Under the pieces are notes generated by a model. It did not search any database and was not told the origin of the DNA. It saw nothing but the letters and a program-made list of their open reading frames with translations. Shown here one piece after another: positions 25,678 through 33,979 of a stretch of DNA of 53,391 nucleotides. Position 1 is the first letter of the stretch; the number at the start of each line of letters is the position of its first letter. A program made the translations under genes and the position numbers. This stretch comes from Actinobacteria bacterium RBG_16_68_21 (GTDB lineage: Bacteria; Actinomycetota; Acidimicrobiia; Spongiisociales; UBA11373), in contig MELR01000023.1 of NCBI GenBank assembly GCA_001767695.1, positions 16,326 through 69,716 of the forward strand, in the 5' to 3' direction.

Positions 25678-27015
25678 TCACGGTCCGACCGTGAACGGAA
25701 GCCACAGGCCGACATCGGTGCCGTCTTCGGCGCTGACGTCGCCGACGAATAACTCGTAGTCGCCCGCGGCCAACTGATCGATGGTGAACTCGAACCAACC
25801 CCACACCTCGGTGTAGTCGGTGGTGTCGAAGATCACGCTCGACTGTGCCGAGTACGAATAGGGGGCACCGCCGAGGGTTCCCGACCAGTCGGCGGCCACC
25901 AGGGCACCGGATTCCGGCAGGTCACCGGGGGCCGGGGCCTGGCGGAGCCGCACCTGCAGTGTCGCCTCGAACGGCCGAGCCCACCCGGCGACCGTGATCG
26001 GCGGGACGGGGAGGGGTCCGTTGAGGTCCCAGTTGATCGGATGGTCCACGGCGGCGAGGTCGGTGACGATGGCCTGCAGATCGAGGCCGGTGCCGGTGGG
26101 CGCGTCCACGGTGTCGATCACCAATTGCAGAGGAGCGGTCAGCCAGTAGACGTGAACTGCGCGGTTGTTGGCGAACTGCATGTCGAGGCTGATCGTGGGG
26201 GAACCGGCGGTGTGGCGGGTCACGAAGGCGTTCACCACCTCATTCCCCGAGTCGTGCCATGCCCATAGCTCGAGGGCGGTGGGCAGCGCCGACGGCACGT
26301 CCGGCGTGAAGTCCAGCGAGAGGAATCCGGGGAACGGTCCGGGCAGAGGCGTGGTGGCGCCGCCCAGGGGTGGCAGGGTGTCGGCGAGGACCGGGGTGCC
26401 CCCGCCGGCGTCGGCTCCGAAGGTCACCACGGTGCGCTCACAGTTCTGGTCCGACATGTGATGGAGGGCGTACACCGACGTTGCCGCGGTTCCTCCGGGC
26501 ACCGGGGGAGGCGGTGTCGCCGGGGTGATCGAACCCGCATCGACGCCGTAGTCATTGGGATCGGCGGAACAGGGCACGTCGGTGAACGCCGGCACCGGCA
26601 CCACGAACCCGGCATAGACCCAGCCTCCGGTGACCCCGGCGGCGGGGTAGTCGACCTCGTACCAGATAGCCCCGTTGCCGTCGGTGGCGCTCTGCCCCGT
26701 GGGGAACAACCCGACGCCGTTGGGAGGTACCGTCGCCAGCGGCGTAGGACCCGCCGCCGCAGTGGGTTGAATCAACAGTCCACCATCCGGGTCGCTCTTG
26801 GAGACCAGAGCAACCCCCAACTCACCGGTCGCCGCCGGGGCCGTCGTAGTCGTGGTCGCCGGCACGGCGGTGGTCGTGGTCGCGGTCGTGGTCGCGGGAG
26901 CGGTGGTGGTAGTGCTCGCCGGGATCGTCGTCGACCCTCCGCTGTCGTCGCCGCATGCGGCGACGATCACCGACACCACCATGACGACCGCTATCAGCTG
27001 TGCCCGCGTCCGCAT
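25678..27015 (-). CDS. lipoprotein with Thr-rich linker, SH3b-like and Gmad2/Ig-like regions
   Basis: It has a lipobox MRTRAQLIAVVMVVSVIVAAC with GGGAGGGGAG upstream and a poly-Thr/Ala/Pro linker. The domain guesses (GAIWYEVDY...GWVYAGFV as SH3b; C-terminal Ig-like) are from motif memory. Confidence 0.65.
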   Translation of the reverse strand: MRTRAQLIAVVMVVSVIVAACGDDSGGSTTIPASTTTTAPATTTATTTTAVPATTTTTAPAATGELGVALVSKSDPDGGLLIQPTAAAGPTPLATVPPNGVGLFPTGQSATDGNGAIWYEVDYPAAGVTGGWVYAGFVVPVPAFTDVPCSADPNDYGVDAGSITPATPPPPVPGGTAATSVYALHHMSDQNCERTVVTFGADAGGGTPVLADTLPPLGGATTPLPGPFPGFLSLDFTPDVPSALPTALELWAWHDSGNEVVNAFVTRHTAGSPTISLDMQFANNRAVHVYWLTAPLQLVIDTVDAPTGTGLDLQAIVTDLAAVDHPINWDLNGPLPVPPITVAGWARPFEATLQVRLRQAPAPGDLPESGALVAADWSGTLGGAPYSYSAQSSVIFDTTDYTEVWGWFEFTIDQLAAGDYELFVGDVSAEDGTDVGLWLPFTVGP

Positions 27016-27346
27016 TGGCTCCCCTCCCGGTTCGTTCCGAGTGTGAAACGTGTCCCAGTCTGATCCGGATGGCACGGGCCACTCGTCGAGCAGCTGATGG
27101 GACGCTAGAAGCGCATGCGTTGCTGTGCAGCGGAATACAGGGAACTTCTTTCAAGGGCGTGGTTGGAGGAGGGTGGCTGGTCGAGAGAGGCTGCATCGAG
27201 CAGGACCGTCGGCCCGCCCGGCGTGCTCCGTTGGCTCCGTGAGGCTGTCGGTTTGGCCCGCCAGGTCCGAAGGGCGCGCCCCGTTCGGGAGCACGCGGCA
27301 CTTGTCAGCCTGTGACCAGGGGTTTCGGAGTTACCCGCCGACCCCG

Positions 27347-27443
27347 CGAGGGCGGGGTGGTCCGTCTCTTGGTGCGAAACGTCCCGATCCGTCGATCAGC
27401 GAGGGCAATGGGGCGGGTGAAGGATGTTGATCCGGGCCGGGGA
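27347..27443 (-). repeat. conserved ~97-bp noncoding element, copy 2
   Basis: See copy 1. Here GCCCTCG sits inside a CCCCGC/GCGGGG hairpin, not in a tRNA. Confidence 0.7.
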
Positions 27444-27526
27444 CCTGAATGGTCCTCTCGGGCCCGGGCGTCCACAACTTCGTTGGGCGTGGCAGTGTGG
27501 TGTCCTTCAGAAAGGAACCTGGTTCC

Positions 27527-29467
27527 GTGGACCTTCCCACACTTCCGTTGACGAGTCCTGCCTGGCTGTTCCTGGTACTCGTCGGCCTGATGCTGGTGAT
27601 GCCGATCCTGGCGGAGCGCCTTCACCTGCCCGGCGTTGTCGGGTTGATGCTGGGGGGCCTGTTGGTGGGTCCCGAGGCCCTCCATTTGGTGAACCGCGCC
27701 GGGACGGTGGAGGAACTGGGCAGCCTCGGACTCCTCTATCTCATGTTCGTGGCCGGGCTCGAACTCGATCTGACCGAGTTGAGTAGGCGTCGGGGTGCCG
27801 CCCTGGTATTCGGAGCCTTGACCTTCGGGATCCCGTTTGTGCTCGGTGTGGGTGCCGGGTACGGCTTCGAGGTTCGGGGGAGGAGTGCGATTGTGCTTGG
27901 TCTGCTGTTCGCTTCGCAGACCCTCGTCGCCTACCCGATCGTCCGGGCACTGGGTCTGACGGCGAATCGCGCGGTGGCGACGACTGTTGGTGCCACCGTC
28001 GTCACCGACACCCTGGCCCTCGTGGTTCTGGCAGTCGTGGTCGGAGGAGGGGATGGGAGCAGTCCACTGGAGATGATGCTTCGCATGGGAGGGGGGCTGG
28101 CCGCGCTGGCGGCGTTCACGGTGTGGGTGCTCCCCGCGGGCGCAGAACTCTTCTTCAGGGGCCCCGGAATCGACCGTCCGCAACGATTCGTGTTCGTTCT
28201 CTTTGCGTTTGTGTCGACCGCGGCCTTTGCCGAAGCGTTCGGTATCGAGCCGATCGTCGGAGCGTTCTTCGCGGGTCTTGCCTTGAACCGGAAGGTTCCC
28301 AGTCAGGGTCCGCTGATGGACCGTATGGAGTTCGTGGGGACGTCCTTCCTGATTCCGTTGTTCTTGATATCCGTTGGCATGCTGGTCGATCCCGAGCTGC
28401 TCATCGATCCCGAGACCCTTGCCCTGGCCGGTGTGCTCACCGCGCTGGCGCTGATCGGGAAGGCAATCGCCGCCTGGGTGGCCGGTCGGGTGTTCGGCTT
28501 CTCCACGCCGGAGATCGGCGTGATGTTCGGTCTGTCGGGAGCACATGCGGCCGCGACGCTCGCCGCTACCGCGGTCGCTTTCGACGCCGGGCTGTTCGAG
28601 CAGCGGATCGTCAATGCGGTGGTGGTTGTCATCTTGGTGACGATCGTTGCCGCTTCGTGGGCGGCGCGGCGGTGGGCGCCCCGCATCGGTCGACCGGAGA
28701 GTCGCCGAGGGGCGCTTGGCCGGGTCGTTGTCGTATCCGTGTCGAACCCCGATTCGGCGCGAGGTTTGGTGGGAATCGGGGCCATGCTCGCCAAGGCCGA
28801 CGGCGGTCTGCTCGTCCCGCTCCATGTGACGTCCGGCCCCGATCTATCGGGTCCCGGGGCGATGCTGCGCGAGGTGGCCGAATCCGCCGGTCGGCTCGGA
28901 GTGGAGATAGAGACCCGGCTCCGGGTCGACGCATCAACACCGGTGGGAATCACCAACACGGTCACGGAAATGGCAGGGACGGTGGTCGTGGTGGGCTGGA
29001 AGGGAAGCTCGCGTATCGATGACCTGTTGAGTGGCAGCATTCTCGACGAGATCGTCAGGACGAGCCCCGCGCCGGTACTCGCCTGCCGCATCGCCGCGCC
29101 GATCCGGCGAATCGTGGTCGCCGCGGGGAACGGCGAAACGTCGGCAGCGCTCCCACTCAGAGATGCCGTCGAGCTGGGAGTAAGGTTGAGGAGCGGGGGA
29201 GTCCCCCTCGTCATCCTCAGCGATGATCTCGCTGTCTCTCGCGCGGTGCTCGGTGTCCACCACCACAAGCACCTCCGTGAAGTAACCGGTGATCGCATCG
29301 ACGCGGTCTGCTCCGTTGCTACAGACGGCGATCTGGTGATACTCCCCGGTCCCCACAGCGATCGAGACGGCGCGGCGTTGGCTCAACGACTCCCCGCGGT
29401 GTCACTCGTGGTTGTCGCCGGATACGCAATCTCCGGCGGCACAGGCCTGGCCTCCTTCTTCGGCTAG
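27527..29467 (+). CDS. cation:proton antiporter (CPA2-type) with C-terminal USP-like domains
   Basis: The N-terminal ~400 aa are polytopic with Na+/H+ exchanger-like segments (GLMLGGLLVGP, LLYLMFVAGLELD). The C-terminal soluble half resembles tandem universal stress domains. The start is uncertain (GTG 27527 or 27497, or ORF-track 27449). Confidence 0.75.
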   Translation: MDLPTLPLTSPAWLFLVLVGLMLVMPILAERLHLPGVVGLMLGGLLVGPEALHLVNRAGTVEELGSLGLLYLMFVAGLELDLTELSRRRGAALVFGALTFGIPFVLGVGAGYGFEVRGRSAIVLGLLFASQTLVAYPIVRALGLTANRAVATTVGATVVTDTLALVVLAVVVGGGDGSSPLEMMLRMGGGLAALAAFTVWVLPAGAELFFRGPGIDRPQRFVFVLFAFVSTAAFAEAFGIEPIVGAFFAGLALNRKVPSQGPLMDRMEFVGTSFLIPLFLISVGMLVDPELLIDPETLALAGVLTALALIGKAIAAWVAGRVFGFSTPEIGVMFGLSGAHAAATLAATAVAFDAGLFEQRIVNAVVVVILVTIVAASWAARRWAPRIGRPESRRGALGRVVVVSVSNPDSARGLVGIGAMLAKADGGLLVPLHVTSGPDLSGPGAMLREVAESAGRLGVEIETRLRVDASTPVGITNTVTEMAGTVVVVGWKGSSRIDDLLSGSILDEIVRTSPAPVLACRIAAPIRRIVVAAGNGETSAALPLRDAVELGVRLRSGGVPLVILSDDLAVSRAVLGVHHHKHLREVTGDRIDAVCSVATDGDLVILPGPHSDRDGAALAQRLPAVSLVVVAGYAISGGTGLASFFG

Positions 29468-29723
29468 CGCCTCCGGGGTGTTCTCGATGCCGATCTCGCC
29501 CAAGACCCGTCTTCGTCCCACCCAACGCTTGACGCGACCGGCGTCGCAGTTCGTTCCCCCGGGGTGTCGCCGCCTGAGGAAAGCGCACCGGGAGCGGTGT
29601 CCCCAGTGACCTCATCCTCTACCCGGCCCCGGTAGCCGGGGGCATGATCACGTGCTTGGGGACCGCGTGGGACCCGGCGGTGGCGGCTCACGGGCAGGTC
29701 CGACCCAAGAAGGAGAGCGGGCG

Positions 29724-30083
29724 ATGACCACCACCACCCCACCCATCACCGGGCTGTCGACGCGACCGGCCTGGCTGGCGCTTCCCTGGACACTCCTCGG
29801 GTTCCCGCTGGCCATGGGTGCCGGCTTCGGCATCTACGCCGCATTCGGCCTGTGCATGGAGAGCAGCCGCGAGACGTGCGGCGATTCCCCGTGGATTTCG
29901 TGGTGGCAGACCGGCCTCGTGTTCGTGATTGCGTGGATGCTGCTCGCGGGACCATCTCTCTACGCGCTGACGAGGGGGCTGCGAGCCCACAAGTCGGGCA
30001 ATCCGAAGGCGATGCCGGTGATCGTGGTCTCAGGTGTGCTCATCGTGCTGATAACCGTTGTCCTTGGTAGTGGACTCTGGTGA
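29724..30083 (+). CDS. small integral membrane protein
   Basis: ATG 29724 is preceded by AAGGAGAG. It has four predicted TM segments. Confidence 0.55.
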   Translation: MTTTTPPITGLSTRPAWLALPWTLLGFPLAMGAGFGIYAAFGLCMESSRETCGDSPWISWWQTGLVFVIAWMLLAGPSLYALTRGLRAHKSGNPKAMPVIVVSGVLIVLITVVLGSGLW

Positions 30084-30117
30084 TCGACGCGGCGATCGGT
30101 GTGGGTGTGTCTGGATG

Positions 30118-30591
30118 TCAGACTCCCATAGTGGCTTCGGATCGCATCCCCAAGGCCTGAGGCCCGCGTAGCAACGCGACAACGCCACCGAATAGGCGCC
30201 GCATGGCTGCCATCGCCTCGTAGAAGTCCAGGTCTTCGATCGGGTCGCCCGCTTCGGTCCGGTATGCGTCGAAATGGTCGGTCCGTGCTTCGGGCAGGCG
30301 ATTCGACACCCAGAGGATGAGCGAGGCGCCGAGGTCGAACCAGGTGTCGGTGACCGTCGTGGCGGTCCAGTCGATGACCACCGGGCAGCGGGCACGTTCG
30401 TCGATCACGTTCCACGGGTGGAGATCCCAGTGTGCCACCCCGGCACGGCCCGGTGCCACTGAGTCGGCTCCCTGAGCCGCCCAGTCCAGCGCTAGTTGGC
30501 GAAGGCCGGGCGTGTCCGGGAAAGTGGGGAACCCGTCGGTGCTAGCGCTTTCCCACTCTGTTGAGCACCAGAGCCGCCAGGACGATGCCAC
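30118..30591 (-). pseudogene. truncated aminoglycoside/choline-kinase-type phosphotransferase (C-terminal lobe only)
   Basis: It contains the catalytic-loop-like HWDLHPWNV and the IDW motif, but the ~190-aa N-terminal lobe is missing. Its 5' end is overlapped by a well-signalled small gene. Confidence 0.5.
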
Positions 30592-30700
30592 CGGCGATCA
30601 CCGCCATCCACCACAGCGCCCTGAGGATGAACCCGACGATGCTGAACCCGATGATTACCGCCGCCACGATCACGACGAATCCGAGAACCTTCTCTCCCAT
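30542..30700 (-). CDS. small two-TM membrane protein (52 aa)
   Basis: ATG 30700 is preceded by GGGAGGA at good spacing. It has two hydrophobic helices. Confidence 0.5.
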   Translation of the reverse strand: MGEKVLGFVVIVAAVIIGFSIVGFILRALWWMAVIAGGIVLAALVLNRVGKR

Positions 30701-30726
30701 GGCGTCAATCCTCCCACAGTGCGGAG

Positions 30727-30752
30727 GGAACCATTGGAGGCCGGGTGGCGTC
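30727..30752 (+). promoter_or_regulatory. candidate ECF-type promoter GGAAC-N17-CGTC
   Basis: GGAAC lies at 30727-30731 and CGTC at 30749-30752, with 17-nt spacing. It sits immediately upstream of the ECF sigma gene. Confidence 0.4.
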
Positions 30753-31359
30753 GAACTCCCCAATGGGCGCTGCTGCGGAGTCCCACGGGGAACGGGTCGA
30801 ACGGTTTCGGCTGCTCTACGACGTCGCCTATCCCCGGATCATGGCCTACACCCTCCGCCGCGCTCGCACTCGGGAAGATGCCTACGACGCCGTGTCCGAG
30901 ACCTTCGCCGCGGTGTGGCGCCGCCTCGACGACATTCCCGATGAGCCACGCCGCATCCCCTGGGTGTACGGCGTCGCCCGTCGGGTGCTCGCCAACCAGT
31001 ACCGGGGCGCCGACCGGCGCGCCAGACTCGACGAGCGCATGACCGCTGCGGCGGCGCCGGCCCCGGATCCCGACTTCGACCACGTCCACCGCGCCCTCGA
31101 CGCCCTCCGCCCCGAGGATCGGGAGATCCTGACGCTCTCGGTGTGGGACGACCTCGACAACGACGAGATCGCCACGGTGCTCGGCGTCAGCCCGGCGAAC
31201 GTCGCGGTCCGACTGCATCGCGCCCGCCGCCGCCTCGCCCACCACCTCGGCAAGGCCGGCGACGAATCGGCGGAGAGCGTGAAATCGGCGAGGGGTTCCC
31301 GGACACCTCAGAGGGTGTATGGCACCCAACCGGGGCCGGGAGAGGTGGATCGGGAATGA
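30745..31359 (+). CDS. ECF (group 4) RNA polymerase sigma factor
   Basis: It has sigma-2 (FRLLYDVAYPRIMAYTLRR...) and sigma-4 (EILTLSVWDDLDNDEIATVLGVSPANVAVRLHRARRRL) regions. The start is either GTG 30745 or ATG 30763. Confidence 0.85.
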   Translation: MASNSPMGAAAESHGERVERFRLLYDVAYPRIMAYTLRRARTREDAYDAVSETFAAVWRRLDDIPDEPRRIPWVYGVARRVLANQYRGADRRARLDERMTAAAAPAPDPDFDHVHRALDALRPEDREILTLSVWDDLDNDEIATVLGVSPANVAVRLHRARRRLAHHLGKAGDESAESVKSARGSRTPQRVYGTQPGPGEVDRE

Positions 31360-31982
31360 ACCGCAAACGATTCGGTGGTGATCCCGTCGAAGCGCTGCGC
31401 CGTGCCGACCCGCTCGATCGCCTGGAGGTGCAGGCAGAGGCTGCGGAAGCCCACAAACGGGCCCTATTCCAGGAGATAACGGACATGGACACGACGGAAA
31501 GACCGACGCCGGCTCCCGCTCGGGGCACCGGATTCAGGATCGCGGTGACCGCCGCGGCGGTGACCGCGGTGGCTGCGGCGGCGATCGGCGGGTACGCCTT
31601 GTTCGCCGACAAGGCCGACCCGAGGATCATCGGCGGTGAGGCGATCGGCGGGGGCGGGATGGCGATGTGCATCCAGTACGACGATTCGATCCTCGCCGGG
31701 CAGCAGCAGGCGTTCGACGGGACGGTGGCCTCGATCGACGGGACGCGGGTGACATTCGCGGTGCGCCACTGGTACAAGGGCGGTGAGGGCGACTCGGTCA
31801 CACTCGACGCCGAGGGCCTCACCGGGGGGCCGAACTCGGCGGCGATGGATGGGAGCCTGCCGCTCGAGCCTGGGCAGCGGTACCTGGCTTCGGCGAACGA
31901 CGGGGTCCTGTGGTCCTGCGGGTACACACTCACCTTCGACAGCGACCTCGCCGACCATTGGGCTCAGCTGTTCGGCGCCTGA
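31356..31982 (+). CDS. putative anti-sigma factor / membrane protein
   Basis: It has an ATGA overlap with the sigma gene, a single TM helix (IAVTAAAVTAVAAAAIGGYALF) and an extracytoplasmic domain. It lacks the HxxxCxxC zinc motif. Confidence 0.55.
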   Translation: MNRKRFGGDPVEALRRADPLDRLEVQAEAAEAHKRALFQEITDMDTTERPTPAPARGTGFRIAVTAAAVTAVAAAAIGGYALFADKADPRIIGGEAIGGGGMAMCIQYDDSILAGQQQAFDGTVASIDGTRVTFAVRHWYKGGEGDSVTLDAEGLTGGPNSAAMDGSLPLEPGQRYLASANDGVLWSCGYTLTFDSDLADHWAQLFGA

Positions 31983-32000
31983 GCAAGACGAGTGATCGGC

Positions 32001-32030
32001 CGAGGGGGTGGGCATGGGCCTGCCCCCTCG
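32001..32030. terminator. GC-rich hairpin between convergent genes
   Basis: CGAGGGGG (32001-32008) pairs with CCCCCTCG (32023-32030). There is no clear U-tract on either strand. Confidence 0.4.
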
Positions 32031-32036
32031 TCGGGT

Positions 32037-33923
32037 CTACAGCTCGACCTGGATTCCCACCTCTACCGCCCGTTCCGGCGGGATCCCGAAGTAGGCGGCA
32101 GCGTTGCGGGCGTTGCGCGCCATCAGTGCGTAGAGATGCTCCCGCCATGGGGCTATGCCCGGCCGGTCGGTGACGATGATGGTCTCCCGGCTGAGGAAGT
32201 AGTGGGAGTCGAGGGGGTGGTAGCGCAACTCGGCGGCGTCGGCTTCCAGGGCCCTGGGGACGTCGGGCCGCTGCATGTAGCCCACGTGGAGCACGGCCTG
32301 AGTGATGCCCTGATCGAGATGCTCGATCTTCAGAGCCCGCCGGGGATGGACCCGGGGGGTGTCCTCGACCACGATCGCCACCAGCAGGATCTGCTCGTGG
32401 ACGACTCGGTTGTAGCGGAGGTTGGTGACCAGCGCCGGCGGGGCCGTGTAGGGACGCCCGTACATGTACACCGCGGTGCCCGGCACCCGCATCGGCTTGC
32501 TCTTCTCGATGCTCTGGATGAACGCCTCGAGCGGTACGTCGCCGCCCCGCACTCGCTCGTTGACTATCCGCTTGCCGGTCTTCCAGGTGGTCATCACCGC
32601 AAACACCGCGGCGCCGGCGACGAGGGGGAACCACCCCCCCTGGGGAATCTTGAACAGGTTGGCCCCGAGGAACCCGAGGTCCACGGTGAAGAAGACCAGC
32701 GTGAGCGGTCCTACCAGCCAGCGGGGCCAGTTCCAGTGGTCGCGGGCAACGACGAAGAAGAGGACGGTGGTGATCACCATCGTGGCGGTCACCGCCACCC
32801 CGTAGGCCGCAGCGAGGTTGGTGGATGAGCGAAAGCCGAACACCAGCAGGATGCAGGCGACCATCAGGGCCCAGTTGACCGCGGGCACGTACACCTGGCC
32901 TCGTTCGTGCGCCGACGTGTGTTCGATCCTCAGCCGGGGTAGATAGCCGAGCTGAACCGACTGCATCGCCAGGGAGAAGGCTCCCGAGATCAGCGCCTGG
33001 GAGGCGATCACGGTGGCGGTCGTCGCCAGGAGAATGAGCGGCCAGCGCAGCACATCAGGCGCCATCAAGAAGAAGGGGCTGTCGATCGCCTTCGGGTCTC
33101 CGATCACCAGGGCGCCTTGTCCGAAATAGTTGAGCAGCAGGCCGGGGAGCACCAACGTGAACCACGCCAGTCGGATCGGCCTCCGCCCGAAGTGGCCCAT
33201 GTCGGCGTAGAGGGCCTCGCCGCCGGTGACCACCAGGAACACCGAACCGAGAACCAGGAACCCCTTGAACCCGTGGTCGGCGAAGAAGGAGAGTGCATAC
33301 ATCGGGTTGACCGCCCGCAGCACCTCGGGACGGATGGCGATCTGTTGGATGCCGAGGGCGCCGATTGTGGCGAACCACACGATCATCACCGGGCCGAAAA
33401 TCCTCCCGACCGATCCCGTGCCCCGCCGCTGCAGGAGGAACAGGCCGATCAAGATCAGGGCGGTGATCTCCAGGACGTAGGGCTCCAACGACGGCGCGCT
33501 CACCTCGAGGCCCTCCACCGCCGAGAGCACTGAGATTGCCGGGGTGATCATCCCGTCGCCGTAGAGCAGGGCGGTGCCGAACAAGCCGACCAGGATGAGA
33601 AGCGTGCGGCGCCGGGTAGTTGCCCCATTCTTGGGAGTGACCAGCGAGGCGAGCACCAGGATGCCGCCTTCCCCCTGCTGGTCGGCGCGCATCACGAAAG
33701 TGAGGTACTTGATCGTGATCACGATCACCAGCGACCACAGGATGAGCGAGAGGATGCCGAGCACCGCCGTGGACGAGACCTCGACTCCGTGGTCGGGGTG
33801 CAGCGATTCGCGTAGCGCGTACAGCGGGCTGGTGCCGATGTCGCCGTAGACGACCCCGAGCGCCCCGAGCGACAGAAGGGCAAGTCGCTTGCCGGTGGGC
33901 TTGTGTGGGTGGACGGGCGAGAT
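32037..33923 (-). CDS. kup: potassium transporter Kup (KUP/HAK/KT family)
   Basis: Full-length Kup similarity. The conserved GALGVVYGDIGTSPLYALRE block lies in-frame upstream of the first canonical start (GTG 33764). I extend provisionally to an ATC at 33923 (see findings). Confidence 0.8.
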   Translation of the reverse strand: MSPVHPHKPTGKRLALLSLGALGVVYGDIGTSPLYALRESLHPDHGVEVSSTAVLGILSLILWSLVIVITIKYLTFVMRADQQGEGGILVLASLVTPKNGATTRRRTLLILVGLFGTALLYGDGMITPAISVLSAVEGLEVSAPSLEPYVLEITALILIGLFLLQRRGTGSVGRIFGPVMIVWFATIGALGIQQIAIRPEVLRAVNPMYALSFFADHGFKGFLVLGSVFLVVTGGEALYADMGHFGRRPIRLAWFTLVLPGLLLNYFGQGALVIGDPKAIDSPFFLMAPDVLRWPLILLATTATVIASQALISGAFSLAMQSVQLGYLPRLRIEHTSAHERGQVYVPAVNWALMVACILLVFGFRSSTNLAAAYGVAVTATMVITTVLFFVVARDHWNWPRWLVGPLTLVFFTVDLGFLGANLFKIPQGGWFPLVAGAAVFAVMTTWKTGKRIVNERVRGGDVPLEAFIQSIEKSKPMRVPGTAVYMYGRPYTAPPALVTNLRYNRVVHEQILLVAIVVEDTPRVHPRRALKIEHLDQGITQAVLHVGYMQRPDVPRALEADAAELRYHPLDSHYFLSRETIIVTDRPGIAPWREHLYALMARNARNAAAYFGIPPERAVEVGIQVEL

Positions 33924-33979
33924 CGGGGGTTCCCCTGGGGCGCGGACGTCGAAGCGTAGTGACCCCCGTGCGCAGCCCC

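Noticed and set aside
27255-27300. A possible SRP (4.5S) RNA, suggested by CCAGGTCCGAAGGGCGCG.
   Set aside because: It lacks the conserved GGAA tetraloop context and the AGCA/symmetric-loop motifs of helix 8. I could not draw a convincing extended hairpin of SRP type.
25457-27346. A small genomic island integrated at tRNA-Arg and bounded by the two element copies.
   Set aside because: There is no integrase or other mobility gene between the copies. The duplication involves the 5' side of the tRNA rather than the 3' side. The copies are only ~70-75% identical. I kept it only as one of several explanations in the findings.
27125-27430. ORF 27125-27430 and an SD-like GGAGGAGG at 27166-27173 on the plus strand.
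   Set aside because: The predicted product is Arg/Gly-rich and low in complexity. Its 3' part is the conserved noncoding element. The GGAGGAGG is better explained as the complement of a minus-strand CCUCCUCC leader segment.
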